Positions 9,586 through 12,059 of a stretch of 12,059 bases of DNA are shown in pieces (position 1 is the stretch's first letter; each line of letters begins with the position of its first letter). A program made the position numbers and the translations under genes. Source of the DNA: Octopus sinensis. Its lineage: Eukaryota. The notes beneath the pieces are model-generated. The model was not told where the DNA came from. It worked only from the letters and a program-made list of their open reading frames with translations, and ran no database searches. The stretch lies in contig NW_021826784.1 of the NCBI RefSeq assembly GCF_006345805.1, positions 1-12,059 on the forward strand. The letters run 5' to 3'.

Positions 9586-10047
9586 TTTTTTGTATGCAAA
9601 TATTGTTTATAATATAGACGCAATGTATGGAACTTTAAAGGCAGAAACTTAGCCAATTATATTGACCCGAGAACTTGACTGGTTCTAGCAAGTTAACAGC
9701 TGCTACAGGGCGAGAGGAAAGTGTATGCAATCTTCTGAGTAACACCCGTCAAGCAAGGGTTATAGCCAATTAGCTTTCCGGTATTCTAAGAAAGCCAGAT
9801 CCACCTTCTCAAGGCTCCTATGTATCCACCTGGCGTTTATGAAATACCACATTTAGTGGAGTTCGGATCAGGTGCATTCGGATGATTTTATTTCATTGTA
9901 ATTTTGTGTATATCGCTCGGCCAATGAGATGATGAAAGAACTCGGAGCTGGGTCTTGCTCTAACTTTCTTTAATAAATCTGCTGTGGAAAGAAGAAACGT
10001 AAAGGTGATACCGGTGGGATTACAAATTAGAATATTGTTTAGCTGAA

Positions 10048-10107
10048 CTAGATTAGATAACAACATGCATTCTTTTGATGCTTTGGCGATTCTGTTGTTC
10101 CGCAAAC
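10048..10107 (-). CDS. Weak candidate coding exon; frame uncertain
   Basis: Acceptor ...gttattctcttacaacag|GTTTGC. Phase 0 reads VCGTTESPKHQKNACCYLI-stop. Another frame stays open to 9893 (LRNNRIAK...). No homology recognised. Confidence 0.25.
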   Translation of the reverse strand, partial: VCGTTESPKHQKNACCYLI

Positions 10108-10284
10108 CTGTTGTAAGAGAATAACGTTATAAAATATTTTGGTGGAAGTGAACAGACAATTATATCCGTTCTTGTACCTAACCAATCCTCGAAGATTTTA
10201 TAGCGGAGGCGTTTCCTATCGAATCAAACCATAGTAACTAAACATATCTCTTGCTTTACTGGTGCTGCCAAATCTCCAGATTCT

Positions 10285-10328
10285 TATATATATATATATA
10301 TTCTTACTTACACATACACACACAGAGG

Positions 10329-10369
<41 letters not shown>

Positions 10370-10455
10370 CACGCACATACATACATACATACATACATAT
10401 ATACATACATACATACATACATATATACATACATACATACATACGTACGTACGTA
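10285..10455. repeat. (TA)n then (ACAT)n microsatellite
   Basis: Direct reading. Confidence 0.9.
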
Positions 10456-10844
10456 CAGGAGTGGCTCTCTTGTAAGTAGCTTATTTATTAAGCACATGGT
10501 TCTGGGTTCGGGTCATCTACGTGGCACCTTAGGAAAGTGTCTTCTGTTATAGCCTCGGGCCGACCAAAGCTTTGTGAGTGGATTTGGTAAAACTGAAAGA
10601 AGCCCGTCGTATATATCTGTGTGTAGGGGAGGTGTTTGTGTATCCGTTTTTGTTCCCCCACCATCGCTTGACAACCGGTACTGGTGTGTTTACGTCCCCA
10701 TAACTTAACTGTTCGGCAAAAAAGATCGATAAAATAAGTACTAGGCTTACAAAGAATAAAGCCCTGGGGTCTATTTGTTCGACTAAAGGTGGTGCTCCAG
10801 CATGGCCTCACTCAAATGACTGAAACAAATAAAAGAGTAAAAGA
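10456..10844 (+). mobile_element. Near full-length CORE-type SINE
   Basis: CAGGAGTGGCT head, B-box-like GGGTTCGGGTC (10504), CORE-like GTGGCACCTTAGGAAAGTGTCTTC (10521-10544), tail GACTGAAACAAATAAAAGAGTAAAAGA. It is the reverse-complement homologue of 1660-2051. Confidence 0.9.
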
Positions 10845-11127
10845 CTACACAATTTATATATGTATGTATATATATGCGTATATATGCAACCATTAAACAC
10901 GAACAAGTACGTAAAACAATCAGTGAGAAGGTGAGTAAAAGAAACTGTACGTGGGGTTGCAATATCATTCAGCACTAATATGTGGTGTAGCATAGGCACG
11001 TCTATGTAGAAAGATAGAACTTAGGCACAGAACAAAATTTCAAAACTACAAAATGTATATATATATGGAGAAACCAACACAAGTGCAGACACGCATTTGC
11101 ATATACGTTACATATATACAAAGATAT

Positions 11128-11200
11128 CTATCTATGCATCTCTCTCTCTCTGTCTCTCTCTCTCACCATATAATATATATATATATATATAATATATATT
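11128..11200. repeat. (CT)n then (TA)n microsatellite
   Basis: Direct reading. Confidence 0.85.
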
Positions 11201-11540
11201 GGAAGAAAATGTAATAGGAATGTATATATGTGTGGGTATGTGTATTGGGAAAAATGAAAAATATGTCCGGATTATGTATACTCAACTGTATAGGTTTTTG
11301 TAATTTCTCTTTACATAGGAGATCCACTGGTAATTCGTTTTCCGATTTTAGCATAAAAGCATACCTAAATTGTGTATCTAAAATATAATTGGAAGCTTTT
11401 ACAGAAAACAATGAATCGTCTGAAAGCAATAAATACTAAACCAGCAACGGGAGAGAAGTTTTATGGATGCAGTGTTATTCATGCATGCGTGTGTGAGTTT
11501 GTGTATGTGTGTGTATGCGTGCCTCTCTAAGTGTACGTTT

Positions 11541-11578
<38 letters not shown>

Positions 11579-11584
11579 CCTACA

Positions 11585-11642
11585 TATTTTACTCGAATGA
11601 AATATATATATAGCCACGTATTTTACTCGAATGAAATATATA
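11585..11642. repeat. 24-bp perfect direct repeat, 10-bp spacer
   Basis: TATTTTACTCGAATGAAATATATA at 11585-11608 and 11619-11642. Confidence 0.9.
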
Positions 11643-11751
11643 CTTGTATTTTCGACAGCGAAGTCGCGAAACGCAATTTACTTCAGAACACAAGCAATCC
11701 TCGTCCAACTATTTCATGATAAATGTATATGGATATAAACATATAATTGCA

Positions 11752-11814
11752 CAAACACACACACATGTACCAGTGAATGCTCATATATATATACACATAC
11801 ATATATGTACATAC

Positions 11815-11849
<35 letters not shown>

Positions 11850-11928
11850 TGCATATATATGTATATATTAAATGTATATATTATATATATATATAAGATA
11901 TATATATATATATATGCATATATATATG

Positions 11929-11970
<42 letters not shown>

Positions 11971-12059
11971 CTATATCTAAACCTTATCTGTCTGTCTAAT
12001 TATATATATATACATATTTATATATATGCATATATCTATCTATCTATCTCTCTCTCTCA
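11752..12059. repeat. (CA)n/(TA)n/(TCTA)n/(CT)n compound microsatellite
   Basis: Direct reading. Confidence 0.9.

Overview
AT-rich eukaryotic non-coding DNA, most likely from an octopus or related cephalopod. This assignment is an inference from recalled SINE family sequences and the extreme microsatellite load, and was not verified by search. Roughly a quarter of the window (estimated by eye) is simple repeat. It holds four copies of a tRNA-headed CORE-type SINE, one copy of a second tRNA-headed SINE, and a tandem array plus fragments of a third SINE with a Meta-domain-like core. There is also a decayed RTE/CR1-like LINE fragment on the minus strand. No complete gene is present. Most ORFs in the supplied track are artefacts of microsatellites or SINEs. 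Two minus-strand exon candidates exist (3526-3597 and starting at 10107). The most unusual structures are: a SINE tandem array whose monomers lack the A-box and are joined at a recurrent hairpin breakpoint; a ~115 bp direct duplication flanking a SINE; a ~130 bp multi-hairpin element nested in a SINE's internal microsatellite; and a sequence and hairpin module shared between two SINE families.
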